Positions 36,610-45,228 of a stretch of DNA of 64,000 nucleotides are shown here, piece by piece. The translations under genes were made by a program, and so were the position numbers. Source of the DNA: Mesorhizobium sp. (GTDB lineage Bacteria; Pseudomonadota; Alphaproteobacteria; Rhizobiales; Rhizobiaceae); the NCBI RefSeq assembly GCF_004962245.1, contig NZ_SUHQ01000002.1, positions 273,469 to 337,468 of the forward strand, in the 5' to 3' direction. The notes under the pieces are model-generated. The model searched no databases. It had not been told where the DNA came from and saw only the letters and a list, made by a program, of their open reading frames with translations. The stretch's first letter is position 1. Each line of letters opens with the position of its first letter.

Positions 36610-37994
36610 CAGGCCACCTCTCTCGTGCCGCTTGGCGGGGCGGCGAATTTCGTTTCCAGCCAGTGTTCGAGAAAACGCGTGTGGAAGCGCCCGGCCGCCA
36701 CGTCGGCATCGGCGGCAAGCGCCTGATGCAGCGGCACGGTCGTCGGAATGCCTGATATGCCGAGGCCGGCAAGTGCTGTGCGCAGCTTCGCCAGGCAGGC
36801 GTCACGATCGGCGCCATGCACGATCAGCTTTCCCAGCAGCGAATCGTAGAAGGGCGGCACCGCGTAGCCGGCAAACAGCATGGTGTCGAAACGGATGCCC
36901 TCGCCTTCCGGCACGGCAAGCGTCTCCACCGGGCCCGGACCGGGCATGAAACCCCTGTGCGGATCCTCGGCGTTGATCCGGCACTCGATGGCGTGGCCGG
37001 CAATGACGATATCGTCCTGGCTGACCGACAGAGGCTGGCCGCCGGCGATACGCAGCATCTCCTGCACGAGATCGAGCCCGGTGATCATCTCCGTGACCGG
37101 ATGCTCGACCTGGATGCGGGTGTTGACCTCGATGAAATAGAAATCGCGGCTGGCGTCGTCGTAGAGATACTCGACCGTTCCCGCACCGCTGTAGCCGACC
37201 GAGCGTGCCAGGGCGACGGCGCTGTCGCACAGGCGCTTGCGCACATCGGCCGGCAATCCGGCCGCTGGCGCTTCCTCCCAGACCTTCTGCCGGCGCCGTT
37301 GCAGCGAGCATTCGCGCTCGTAGCAATGAACGAAATTCGTGCCGTCGCCGAGGATCTGCACCTCGATATGACGCGCCTTCTCGATCACCTTCTCGATGTA
37401 GAGGCCGCCATCGCCGAAAGCCGCCGCGGCCTCCGCCGAAGCCTGCGGGAAATGACGCTCGAATTCCTCGAGGCTGTGGGCGATGCGGATGCCCCTGCCG
37501 CCGCCGCCGGCCGCCGCCTTGATCATCACGGGAAAGCCGATGCGCGAGACGATCGCCGCCGCCTCGGTAAGGTCGGACACGCGCCCGTCGCTGCCCGGCA
37601 CCGTCGGCACACCGGCCCTGGCCGCGACCTGGCGCGCCGCGACCTTGTCGCCGAGCAGCCGGATCGCCGCAGCATCGGGCCCGACAAACTTCATTCCCGC
37701 CGCAACCACCGCTTCGGCGAAGTCGGCATTCTCCGACAGGAAGCCGTAACCGGGATGGATGGCATCGACCTTCGCCGCCTTTGCCGCCGCGAGCACCGCC
37801 TCGATGTTGAGATAGGATTTCTTCGCCGCGGCCGGCCCGATGTCGATCGCCTCGTCGGCGAGCTTCACCGCCAGCGAGCCGGCATCGGCCTGGCTGTGCA
37901 CCTGCACGGTCCGCAGCCCCAGGGCTTTCGCCGCGCGGATGATCCGCACCGCGATCTCGCCCCGATTGGCTACCAGGACGGAATGGATGGTCAT
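36609..37994 (-). CDS. biotin carboxylase (AccC-like ATP-grasp subunit)
   Basis: 461 aa. VLVANRGEIAVRIIRA, KAAAGGGGRGIRIAH, EVNTRIQVEHPVTE. Start overlaps the BCCP stop (ATGA). Confidence 0.92.
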   Translation of the reverse strand: MTIHSVLVANRGEIAVRIIRAAKALGLRTVQVHSQADAGSLAVKLADEAIDIGPAAAKKSYLNIEAVLAAAKAAKVDAIHPGYGFLSENADFAEAVVAAGMKFVGPDAAAIRLLGDKVAARQVAARAGVPTVPGSDGRVSDLTEAAAIVSRIGFPVMIKAAAGGGGRGIRIAHSLEEFERHFPQASAEAAAAFGDGGLYIEKVIEKARHIEVQILGDGTNFVHCYERECSLQRRRQKVWEEAPAAGLPADVRKRLCDSAVALARSVGYSGAGTVEYLYDDASRDFYFIEVNTRIQVEHPVTEMITGLDLVQEMLRIAGGQPLSVSQDDIVIAGHAIECRINAEDPHRGFMPGPGPVETLAVPEGEGIRFDTMLFAGYAVPPFYDSLLGKLIVHGADRDACLAKLRTALAGLGISGIPTTVPLHQALAADADVAAGRFHTRFLEHWLETKFAAPPSGTREVA

Positions 37995-38233
37995 GCCTCG
38001 ACCTCGGCAAGCGCCTGGCCGGCCATCACCGCGTCGGCGTCGTCGACAAGAAAGCGGATCGCCTTGCCGTCGACGCCGGCCGTCACCTCATGAAACGACT
38101 TCATCACCTCGACGATGCCGATCACGTCGGCCGCGGATACGGCGTCGCCATCGTTCTTGAACGGCGCGCTCTCGGGCGACGGCCTGCGGTAGAACATGCC
38201 TGGCAGCGGCGACTTGATTTCGGCTTTGCTCAT
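37991..38233 (-). CDS. biotinyl-domain carrier protein (short BCCP)
   Basis: 80 aa. Biotinylation motif VEVMKSF (canonical E-A/V-M-K). ATGA overlaps on both sides. Confidence 0.85.
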   Translation of the reverse strand: MSKAEIKSPLPGMFYRRPSPESAPFKNDGDAVSAADVIGIVEVMKSFHEVTAGVDGKAIRFLVDDADAVMAGQALAEVEA

Positions 38234-39036
38234 TTTGATCCCCTCGCGGCTTGGGCCTGTTGTGTGGGCACTTCCGACACCGGCGCGATCCGGATCCCGT
38301 TCGCGACCAGGGCGGAGCGCATGGCGCCGGCGATTTCCAGGCAGCCCGGCGTATCGGAATGGAAGCAGATCGACTCGAAGTCGATGTCGATATCGGCGCC
38401 GTCGACAGTGCGGACCTTGCCTTCGAGACAGGCGCGCACGACCTTGTCCGCGATTGCGGCCGGATCGAGCTTGCCGACATGGCGCGTGAACACGATCGAA
38501 CCGGAGCGGTCATAATCCCGGTCGGCGTAGAACTCCCTGATCACCGGCTGGCCGGCCTCGGTGGCGATCCGGTAGGTCTCCGACATCCCCATGCAGAAGA
38601 CGAAGGCGTTGGGCGCCACGGTGCGCATCAGCTTGACGAAGGATCGCGACAGCGCCTCGTTGGCGGCGAGTTCCATGTAGAGCGCGCCGTGCGGCTTGAC
38701 GTGCTGCAGGTTGGCGCCGTGGCGGCGTGCGAATTCGCGCAGCGCGCCGATCTGGTAGACGATGTCGTTGATGATCTCGTCGTCGTTGCCGTTGATCTTG
38801 CGGCGGCCGAAGCCTTGCAGGTCCCGGTAGCCCGGATGCACACCGATGCCGACGCCGTGCTGAGTCGCAAGCCGTACCGTGGCATCCATCAGATTGGGAT
38901 CGCCGGCATGGAAACCGGCGGCGATGTTGGCAGAGCTGATCAGCTCCATCAGCCTGGCGTCGTCGGTCTCGCTCAGCCGCCATTGGCCGAACGCCTCACC
39001 CATATCGCAATTGATGTCGACAATCGTGACCGGCAC
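38230..39036 (-). CDS. PxpA-like LamB/YcsF family lactamase subunit
   Basis: [11 protein letters not shown]-terminal signature, [17 protein letters not shown] 39036 follows AAGGGAG-CAAC; ATG 39057 lacks an RBS; the track start at 39222 runs through AT-rich promoter DNA. Confidence 0.85.
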   Translation of the reverse strand: MPVTIVDINCDMGEAFGQWRLSETDDARLMELISSANIAAGFHAGDPNLMDATVRLATQHGVGIGVHPGYRDLQGFGRRKINGNDDEIINDIVYQIGALREFARRHGANLQHVKPHGALYMELAANEALSRSFVKLMRTVAPNAFVFCMGMSETYRIATEAGQPVIREFYADRDYDRSGSIVFTRHVGKLDPAAIADKVVRACLEGKVRTVDGADIDIDFESICFHSDTPGCLEIAGAMRSALVANGIRIAPVSEVPTQQAQAARGSK

Positions 39037-39127
39037 GTTGCTCCCTTTGCATTCCATGCGCTGATCGACAGCGCGGTTCCCGTCTTCTTGTTTTCTGAAC
39101 GTTAACGCGGGAGCGCGGCATTGAAAA

Positions 39128-39143
39128 ATTCTATTCTCAGAAT
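39128..39143. promoter_or_regulatory. candidate LysR box ATTCT-N6-AGAAT (contains T-N11-A)
   Basis: Perfect 5-bp arms in the AT-rich divergent region between the pxpA-like operon and the LysR gene, abutting a TTGACA hexamer. Confidence 0.4.
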
Positions 39144-39172
39144 TTGACATTCTGATTTTCAGATACCTATTT
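39144..39172 (+). promoter_or_regulatory. candidate sigma-70-type promoter TTGACA-N17-CTATTT
   Basis: Hexamers at 39144-39149 and 39167-39172, oriented toward the LysR gene. Resembles the rhizobial CTTGAC-N17-CTATAT consensus as I recall it. Confidence 0.3.
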
Positions 39173-39325
39173 TGGATGCCGCTGAAAGGGAAAGCGCCGA
39201 ATACCGCCAGAAGCGGGGGCATGCTGTGCGATCAAAAAAAGCAGCGGCTGCACAAACAAGTTGCGTGTATCGTATTTTCAGAAAATAAGAGCGGGCAACC
39301 TCAGAGAAACAGAAGGCTTCACCGG

Positions 39326-40231
39326 GTGTCGATCAGCCTGCGTCAAATCCGCTACTTCGTCTCCACCGCCGAGCAGGGCCAGATTTCGCAAGCGGCGGTC
39401 GACCTCGCCATTTCGCAGTCGGCGATCACGACGGCGATCAAGGAGCTGGAGCGCGTGATCGGTGCCGACCTGTTCGTCCGCTCTCCCCAGGGTATGGAAC
39501 TCACCGCGGCGGGACGCCAGTTCCTCTTCCACGCCTACGACATCCTCAACAAGGTGCAGGAAGCGACCAGCCTGAACGTGCCGGCCAACAACCTCGAGGG
39601 CAGCCTCACCGTCGCCGCGACCTACACGGTGATCGGCTATTTCCTGCCCAACCACCTGGAGAAGCTGAAGCGCAATTTTCCGAAGCTCGACATCCAGCTT
39701 TTCGAGCTCAACCGCGAGGCGATCGAGGAGGGTCTTCTGTCCAACCGGTATGACATCGCCGTCCTGCTCACCTCGAACGTGCTCAATCCGGACCTCTCGA
39801 CCGAGACGCTGATGGGCTCACGGCGCCGGCTTTGGGTCGCTTCCAAACATCATCTCCTGCAGAGGGAATCCGTCGGCCTGAAGGAGATTTCGCAAGAACC
39901 CTACATCATGCTGACCGTCGACGAGGCGGCGCACACCTCGCTCAAATACTGGAGCAAGACGCCCTATCAGCCGTCCGTCACGCTGCGCACATCGTCCGTC
40001 GAAGCGGTGCGCTCGATGGTTGCCAACGGACAAGGCGTCGCAATTCTCTCGGACATGGTGCTGCGGCCATGGTCACTTGAAGGCAAGCGCATCGAAACGC
40101 TGGTTCCCAGCGACCCGATCCCGGCAATGGACGTGGGCCTGGCCTGGCGGCGCAATGCCCAGTTCACCTCTGCCATGGAGGCGTTTCGTTCCTATTTCAG
40201 GCAGACGTTCTATATTCCGAACAGTCGCTAG
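39326..40231 (+). CDS. LysR-family transcriptional regulator
   Basis: GTG 39326 gives VSISLRQIRYFVSTAEQGQISQAAVDLAISQSAITTAIKELE (canonical LysR HTH near the N-terminus), about 301 aa. The upstream 50 track codons are A/T-rich at third positions. Confidence 0.88.
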   Translation: MSISLRQIRYFVSTAEQGQISQAAVDLAISQSAITTAIKELERVIGADLFVRSPQGMELTAAGRQFLFHAYDILNKVQEATSLNVPANNLEGSLTVAATYTVIGYFLPNHLEKLKRNFPKLDIQLFELNREAIEEGLLSNRYDIAVLLTSNVLNPDLSTETLMGSRRRLWVASKHHLLQRESVGLKEISQEPYIMLTVDEAAHTSLKYWSKTPYQPSVTLRTSSVEAVRSMVANGQGVAILSDMVLRPWSLEGKRIETLVPSDPIPAMDVGLAWRRNAQFTSAMEAFRSYFRQTFYIPNSR

Positions 40232-41306
40232 ATGTCTGCAAAACCTGGCCGGTCTCGGCGTCAAACAGGTTTAACTTGGCAACGTCCGGCTCGACATAAA
40301 GCGTCTCCCCGGGACGGGCGCCAATTCTGTCGCGAAACACAGCGACCGCCGGCTCACCGCCGATCGTAAGATGGACCTGGGTTTCCGATCCCATCGGTTC
40401 GACCACCCCCACCGATGCTGCAATCCCCCTTCCCCCGGCACAGATACCCAGATGTTCGGGCCGGAAGCCATAGTGTATCTTCTTTCCCTCCGGTGCGCCG
40501 AACCCTGAGCCGACCGGCAAAAGCGTTCCATCGCTCGTTCGCACAACAGGCACACCATTGTTGCGTACGACCACGCCATGGATGATGTTCATCGATGGCG
40601 AACCGATAAAGGTGGCGACGAACATATTGGCCGGATGGTCGTAAAGCTCGAGTGGATTGCCGATCTGCTCCACCCGCCCCTCATTCAGGACGACGATCTG
40701 ATCGGCCATTGTCATAGCTTCGATCTGGTCGTGCGTGACATAGACGGTGGTGGTGCGCAGACGCTGATGCAGCGCCTTGATCTCGGCCCGCATCGCCACG
40801 CGCAACTTGGCGTCGAGGTTCGACAAAGGTTCGTCAAACAGGAAGACCTGCGGATTGCGCACGATCGAACGCCCCATGGCGACGCGCTGGCGCTGGCCAC
40901 CCGACAGCTGTCGTGGATAGCGATCGAGAAGCGGCGTCAAACCGAGGATCTCCGCGGCCTTGGCGACGCGCGCGGCTTTTTCGGCCTTGGGCGCCTTTGC
41001 AAGAGTCATTGAGAACGCCATGTTCTCGGCGACCGTCATATGCGGGTAAAGCGCGTAGTTCTGGAACACCATGGAAATATCGCGTTTCTTTGGCGGCAAG
41101 TCGTTGACGACCCTGTCGCCGATGCTGATCGTTCCGCCCGAAATATCCTCCAGTCCGGCAATCATGCGCAGTAGCGTGGACTTGCCGCAGCCCGACGGCC
41201 CGACCAGCACGACAAACTGGCCATCCGGAATCTTGACCGAGACGCCGTGCAGCACTTTGTGCCCGGCGTAGGATTTGAGGACGTTGGCGATTTCGACTGA
41301 AGCCAT
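40197..41306 (-). CDS. CUT1 ABC transporter ATP-binding protein (UgpC/MalK type)
   Basis: 369 aa. GPSGCGKSTLLRMIAGLE, LSGGQRQRVAMGR, FLFDEPLSNLD, and a TOBE-like C-terminus. The 3' end overlaps the LysR 3' end by 35 bp. Confidence 0.92.
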   Translation of the reverse strand: MASVEIANVLKSYAGHKVLHGVSVKIPDGQFVVLVGPSGCGKSTLLRMIAGLEDISGGTISIGDRVVNDLPPKKRDISMVFQNYALYPHMTVAENMAFSMTLAKAPKAEKAARVAKAAEILGLTPLLDRYPRQLSGGQRQRVAMGRSIVRNPQVFLFDEPLSNLDAKLRVAMRAEIKALHQRLRTTTVYVTHDQIEAMTMADQIVVLNEGRVEQIGNPLELYDHPANMFVATFIGSPSMNIIHGVVVRNNGVPVVRTSDGTLLPVGSGFGAPEGKKIHYGFRPEHLGICAGGRGIAASVGVVEPMGSETQVHLTIGGEPAVAVFRDRIGARPGETLYVEPDVAKLNLFDAETGQVLQTSSDCSEYRTSA

Positions 41307-41340
41307 CGAGGTCTTTCCTGTGATTGTGCCCGCGAGACGT

Positions 41341-43449
41341 TCAGGTCCCGCTCACCCGCACTTCATCGGTGGACATGGCGCCTTCGGCGATCAGCAATCC
41401 GATGCCGCCATTCGTGAATGCCTCTGCGCTGGTATCTTCCGCTTCAAGCGCCACCCCACCAAAAAGGGCGCTTATCCGGCTGCCCCTGACGGTCAGCGTC
41501 ACCGGGATCGCCTTTTCAAAGACAAGATCGAACGCCTCCTCCGCCAGAACGGTTGTGTCGGCGTCCCGGGTCCGGACGATCTGCAGCTTGCCCGCGCGCG
41601 TGGCGCGCACGGCGTAGTAGCGCCTCAGGCCCTGAACGCGCGCGCACACGCCGCCGTAACTGCCAAGGTGAATGACGATGTCACTCGTAACCTTGTAGTC
41701 GGTCCACTGCCGCGTGCCGTGGATGACGATGCCTTCGTCGCGGCTTTGCGAAATGCGGAAGCTCGGTGGAAAGCGTTTGGAAAAAAAGCTCACGCCATTG
41801 ACCCAGGCCATGCGCCAGAAGTCGCCGTCGCCGGCGGGGCGATGCAATACCAGCTCCGGCGCCCCGTCCCAGCGCAGATAATCGAGCAGCACGCTTCCAT
41901 CCGCACGCCTGCCCTCGCAAGTGAAGGCGATGCCGATTTCGGCAATCGGTTGGCCGTCGAGATCGGGCAGGCGCCATGAAACGATGCGGTCTTCGCCCGG
42001 CTTCAAGATGATCGCATCGCCGTCGAAATCCTGAAGACGATCGTCGGCGCCATAAGCGCGAATGCGCAGCCTGATCGAGACCGCGCCCTTGTTCCGGCGA
42101 TCGGCGACGACGCGCGCCTTGAGCACCTGCCCTGGATAGAGAAGTGGCGTGGCCATCAAATCGTAGGTGCGCATGCACAGCACTTCGCGCGGCGAGAAGG
42201 TCGGCGTCGTGACGGCGGCTGTCTGGCCGGGACCCAGGGCCTCATAGTTTACCGTGAGGGCACGGCCGCCTTCGAATTCGACATTGCCAACGCGAACGTC
42301 CCTGGCAAAGCCGTGTCCTTCGACCGGCCGGAAACCCTGCTGACTGCCGGGCAGCGAGAAGTGGAACTGTGCACCGTCCTTGGGAGCGTCGAGCGGACGT
42401 TCGCCAGCCAGCGCCAACCCAAGATTGGCGACGTAATAGGCGATGCGCACTGCGTCGTTGATCGAGTTGCCGCCGTCGGCCGAGGAGATCAGCAAGCGGT
42501 CGGCGATCGGCCCGCGCCAGTCCGGACCGGCCTCGAGCCCATCAAGGCCAAGCATCAGGGCGAGCAGGCAGCCGACATTGCCGGCGTTGCAGTCGGTGTC
42601 CCAGCCGGAGGTGTTGACGATCATCTGCGCCTTCTGGAAATCGTCGGGCGCATAGAGCACGGCCATCACCATCAACGCGTGGTTCGGCACGACGTGGCAA
42701 TTGCCGGGATATTTGTCGTAGCCGTATTTGTCCTCGATCTTCTGCCGCGTGTCGTGCCAGTCGGGATGCTCTTTCACCCAGCCGCGGATGTCGGCGATGA
42801 GTTTTGCGATCAGGCTGTCGCGCGGGATGACGGACAGGCCGGTGTCGATGAGGTGGTCGATGTCGCTCGACACGAAAGCTTCGGCCTCCATCGCCGCCCA
42901 CAGCATTGCCGCATGGACGGATTCTCCGTCGTGGGAAACCTTGCCGGCCTGCTCGGCAAGCCTGGCCGCGAGCTGCGGCTGCCCGGGTGCTGCCATTGCC
43001 CAGCCGTCGATGAATATCTGCGCACCGATCTGTTCGGCGATGGTCAGGCCGTTGGTGGCGATCGAGCCCGAATGCGGGGCCGAGACACCCTTCTTGAGAT
43101 TGAGCCAGGCAGTGTGCTCGGTCGAATTGCCGCTGCCGCCCCACCAGAGGATCGAGCGCTCCTCGACGATGTAGTTGAGCCATGCCTTGCCGATGTCCTC
43201 GGCCGAAAGGTCGGGCGAGATGCCGTAATCCTCGAGCGCGCGGATGAAGGTGAAGGTTCCCGCGACATCGTCGTCGGTGACCACCAGCGGCTGGTTCAGG
43301 CGCTCGTGCACGTAATATTCGATCGGCCCGAGCTCCTTCATGATCTTCTGGTAGGTCCAGCCCTCGAACGGGCGGCCCAGATAGACGCCCGCCAGCTTGC
43401 CAAGCACGCCCGCGTAGACCCGCTCCAGATAGTCGTTTGGAATCTGCAT
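41341..43449 (-). CDS. ADP-ribosylglycohydrolase-fold protein fused to a ~300-aa C-terminal jelly-roll/DUF1080-like region
   Basis: ARH motifs VVTDDDVAGT and SGWDTDCNAGNVGCLLALMLG. The usual N-terminal GDALG reads GVYLG. The C-terminal half is beta-rich (WRMAWVNG...YYAVRATRAGKLQIV). ATG 43449 follows GGAG; the TTG at 43494 in the track is less likely. Confidence 0.75.
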   Translation of the reverse strand: MQIPNDYLERVYAGVLGKLAGVYLGRPFEGWTYQKIMKELGPIEYYVHERLNQPLVVTDDDVAGTFTFIRALEDYGISPDLSAEDIGKAWLNYIVEERSILWWGGSGNSTEHTAWLNLKKGVSAPHSGSIATNGLTIAEQIGAQIFIDGWAMAAPGQPQLAARLAEQAGKVSHDGESVHAAMLWAAMEAEAFVSSDIDHLIDTGLSVIPRDSLIAKLIADIRGWVKEHPDWHDTRQKIEDKYGYDKYPGNCHVVPNHALMVMAVLYAPDDFQKAQMIVNTSGWDTDCNAGNVGCLLALMLGLDGLEAGPDWRGPIADRLLISSADGGNSINDAVRIAYYVANLGLALAGERPLDAPKDGAQFHFSLPGSQQGFRPVEGHGFARDVRVGNVEFEGGRALTVNYEALGPGQTAAVTTPTFSPREVLCMRTYDLMATPLLYPGQVLKARVVADRRNKGAVSIRLRIRAYGADDRLQDFDGDAIILKPGEDRIVSWRLPDLDGQPIAEIGIAFTCEGRRADGSVLLDYLRWDGAPELVLHRPAGDGDFWRMAWVNGVSFFSKRFPPSFRISQSRDEGIVIHGTRQWTDYKVTSDIVIHLGSYGGVCARVQGLRRYYAVRATRAGKLQIVRTRDADTTVLAEEAFDLVFEKAIPVTLTVRGSRISALFGGVALEAEDTSAEAFTNGGIGLLIAEGAMSTDEVRVSGT

Positions 43450-43490
43450 GTTCTGCTCCAGATAGTCGAAATGTTTCAGCTCGAAAAAGT

Positions 43491-44324
43491 TCAACCCTTG
43501 ACCGAGCCGCCCGCCATGCCTTCGATGAAACGCTTCTGCATGACGACGAACAGCACCACCACCGGCACCACGATGATCAGCGCGGCGGCCATGATCTCAC
43601 CCCAGTCGGAACTGTACTGCCCGCTGAGCAGGTAGAAGCCGATAACCGCGGTGACATTGTCCGCCTTCTGCAAAAAAGTCGTCGCGATCAGGAACTCGTT
43701 CCAGGAATTGAGCCCGATGATCAGCGCAACCGTCAGGATGCCGGGCGACACGATGGGCAGCATCACCTTGGAAAACACCTGCCAGTGCGTGGCACCGTCG
43801 ATGAGCGCGGCTTCCTCGAGCTCCTTCGGCACGGCGATGAAATAGGTCCTGAGCAGCATCACCGCGAAAGGGCTGTAGACGGCCGTGTAGATCAGGGCGA
43901 CGCCGAAAACATTGTTGATCAGCCCAAGCCTGGCGAAGCCGAAATAGAGTGGGAAAATGTAGAGCTGGATCGGCGCCGTGGTCGTTGCCAGCAGATAGAA
44001 CGTCCAGATCTTCCATGACGCGATCTTCCTGCGTGCCAGCACGTAGGCCGACAGCGAGCACGTTGTGCAGACGAGGACGATCGTCGTGCCGGAAAGCAGC
44101 AGCGAGTTGATGAAGGTTTTCGAGAACTTGGCGTGATTCCAGGCGTTGACGAAATTCTCCCAGCGGATGGGGTTGGGCAGCGCCAGCGGATTCTGCACGA
44201 TCTGCGCCGCCGGCTTCAGTGAATTGAGCACCAGCAATGCGATCGGGAACAGCGCGATGAACGCGCCGATGCCGAGCACGATATAGGACATGGTGAGGGT
44301 GGCACGGCTCTCGACCAGTCTCAT
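43491..44324 (-). CDS. carbohydrate ABC transporter permease (CUT1)
   Basis: ATG 44324 overlaps the upstream TGA (ATGA). EAA loop EAALIDGATHWQVFSKVMLP. 277 aa. Confidence 0.9.
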   Translation of the reverse strand: MRLVESRATLTMSYIVLGIGAFIALFPIALLVLNSLKPAAQIVQNPLALPNPIRWENFVNAWNHAKFSKTFINSLLLSGTTIVLVCTTCSLSAYVLARRKIASWKIWTFYLLATTTAPIQLYIFPLYFGFARLGLINNVFGVALIYTAVYSPFAVMLLRTYFIAVPKELEEAALIDGATHWQVFSKVMLPIVSPGILTVALIIGLNSWNEFLIATTFLQKADNVTAVIGFYLLSGQYSSDWGEIMAAALIIVVPVVVLFVVMQKRFIEGMAGGSVKG

Positions 44325-45166
44325 TGCTCGCCCTCCCGCGCCTGCAGGCGGACGTAGAAGAACGTGCCGACGAGCCCGAACAGGCTGATGACCAGCGCTG
44401 CTGCCGCCGCCTGGCCGACATTGAGGTCGTAGAAGGCGTGGCGATACGCCAGCGTCGACAGCACCTCGCTCGAAAACGCCGGCCCGCCCTGGGTCAGGAT
44501 GTAGACGAAGTCGAAGGCAAGAAAGCTCCAGATCACCGTCATGATCATCATCAGCGTGATGGTCGGCCAGATTGCGGGCAGCAGCACATAGCGCATCATC
44601 TGCCCGTAGTTGGCGCCCTCGATGCGCGCCGCCTCGATATGCTCCTGCGGCACCTGCCGGAGTGCCGCAAAGAAAATGACGCACAGAAATCCCCACCAGT
44701 GCCAAAGGTCGACTGTCGCCACGCCGAACAGGGCCGTCGATGGCTGTGCCAGGGGATTGGCCAGCGGCAGGCCCATGCGCGAAAGGATACCGAAAAGGCC
44801 GGTGACGGGGCTGTAGATCATCCCCTGCCAGACCCGCGCGGTAATGACCGTGGCGATGACGACGGGCAGGAAGTAGACGACCTGGAAGAAATTGCTGCCG
44901 CGTTTGACGATCAGCAGCATCGAGGCCGCAAGCAGCCCCATGGCGATCGGCACGATCAGGAAGATGCAGGTCCAGATGATGTTGTTGATCAGCGCCGACC
45001 AGAAGACGCTGTCGGCGAACAGCGCCCGGAAATTGTCCAACCCGGAAAAGCTCGGCGTCGAAATGCCATCCCAGTTGCAGAACGCCAACACGACCGTCAG
45101 CAATGCCGGGACCAGGACGATGACGAAATTGATGATAAGCGTCGGAACGAGATAGAGCCGATGCAT
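44321..45166 (-). CDS. carbohydrate ABC transporter permease (CUT1)
   Basis: ATG 45166 follows GGAGAG. EAA loop EAARIEGANYGQMMRYVLLP. 281 aa. Confidence 0.9.
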   Translation of the reverse strand: MHRLYLVPTLIINFVIVLVPALLTVVLAFCNWDGISTPSFSGLDNFRALFADSVFWSALINNIIWTCIFLIVPIAMGLLAASMLLIVKRGSNFFQVVYFLPVVIATVITARVWQGMIYSPVTGLFGILSRMGLPLANPLAQPSTALFGVATVDLWHWWGFLCVIFFAALRQVPQEHIEAARIEGANYGQMMRYVLLPAIWPTITLMMIMTVIWSFLAFDFVYILTQGGPAFSSEVLSTLAYRHAFYDLNVGQAAAAALVISLFGLVGTFFYVRLQAREGEQ

Positions 45167-45228
45167 ATTGCTCTCCAGGGAAACGAGACGACGCACCACA
45201 GCGTCGCCTCTATGCGGTCTTGTGAAAC

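Noticed and set aside
39037-39325. Riboswitch (for example a guanidine/ykkC-type or other leader) upstream of the Pxp/Acc operon
   Set aside because: The region is short and AT-rich, and it is better explained by a LysR box plus divergent promoters. I could not recognise any conserved riboswitch core by eye. This needs a cmsearch against Rfam to be sure.
39176-39325. Longer LysR ORF starting at ATG 39176 or 39221
   Set aside because: The extra codons are A/T-rich at third positions and overlap the divergent promoter. GTG 39326 places the HTH at the usual N-terminal position.
43450-43494. TTG start at 43494 for the ARH-fusion protein (TTGA overlap with the permease stop)
   Set aside because: ATG 43449 has a well-spaced GGAG RBS and the ARH domain begins right after it. 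The TTG start remains a possible alternative that would add 15 residues.
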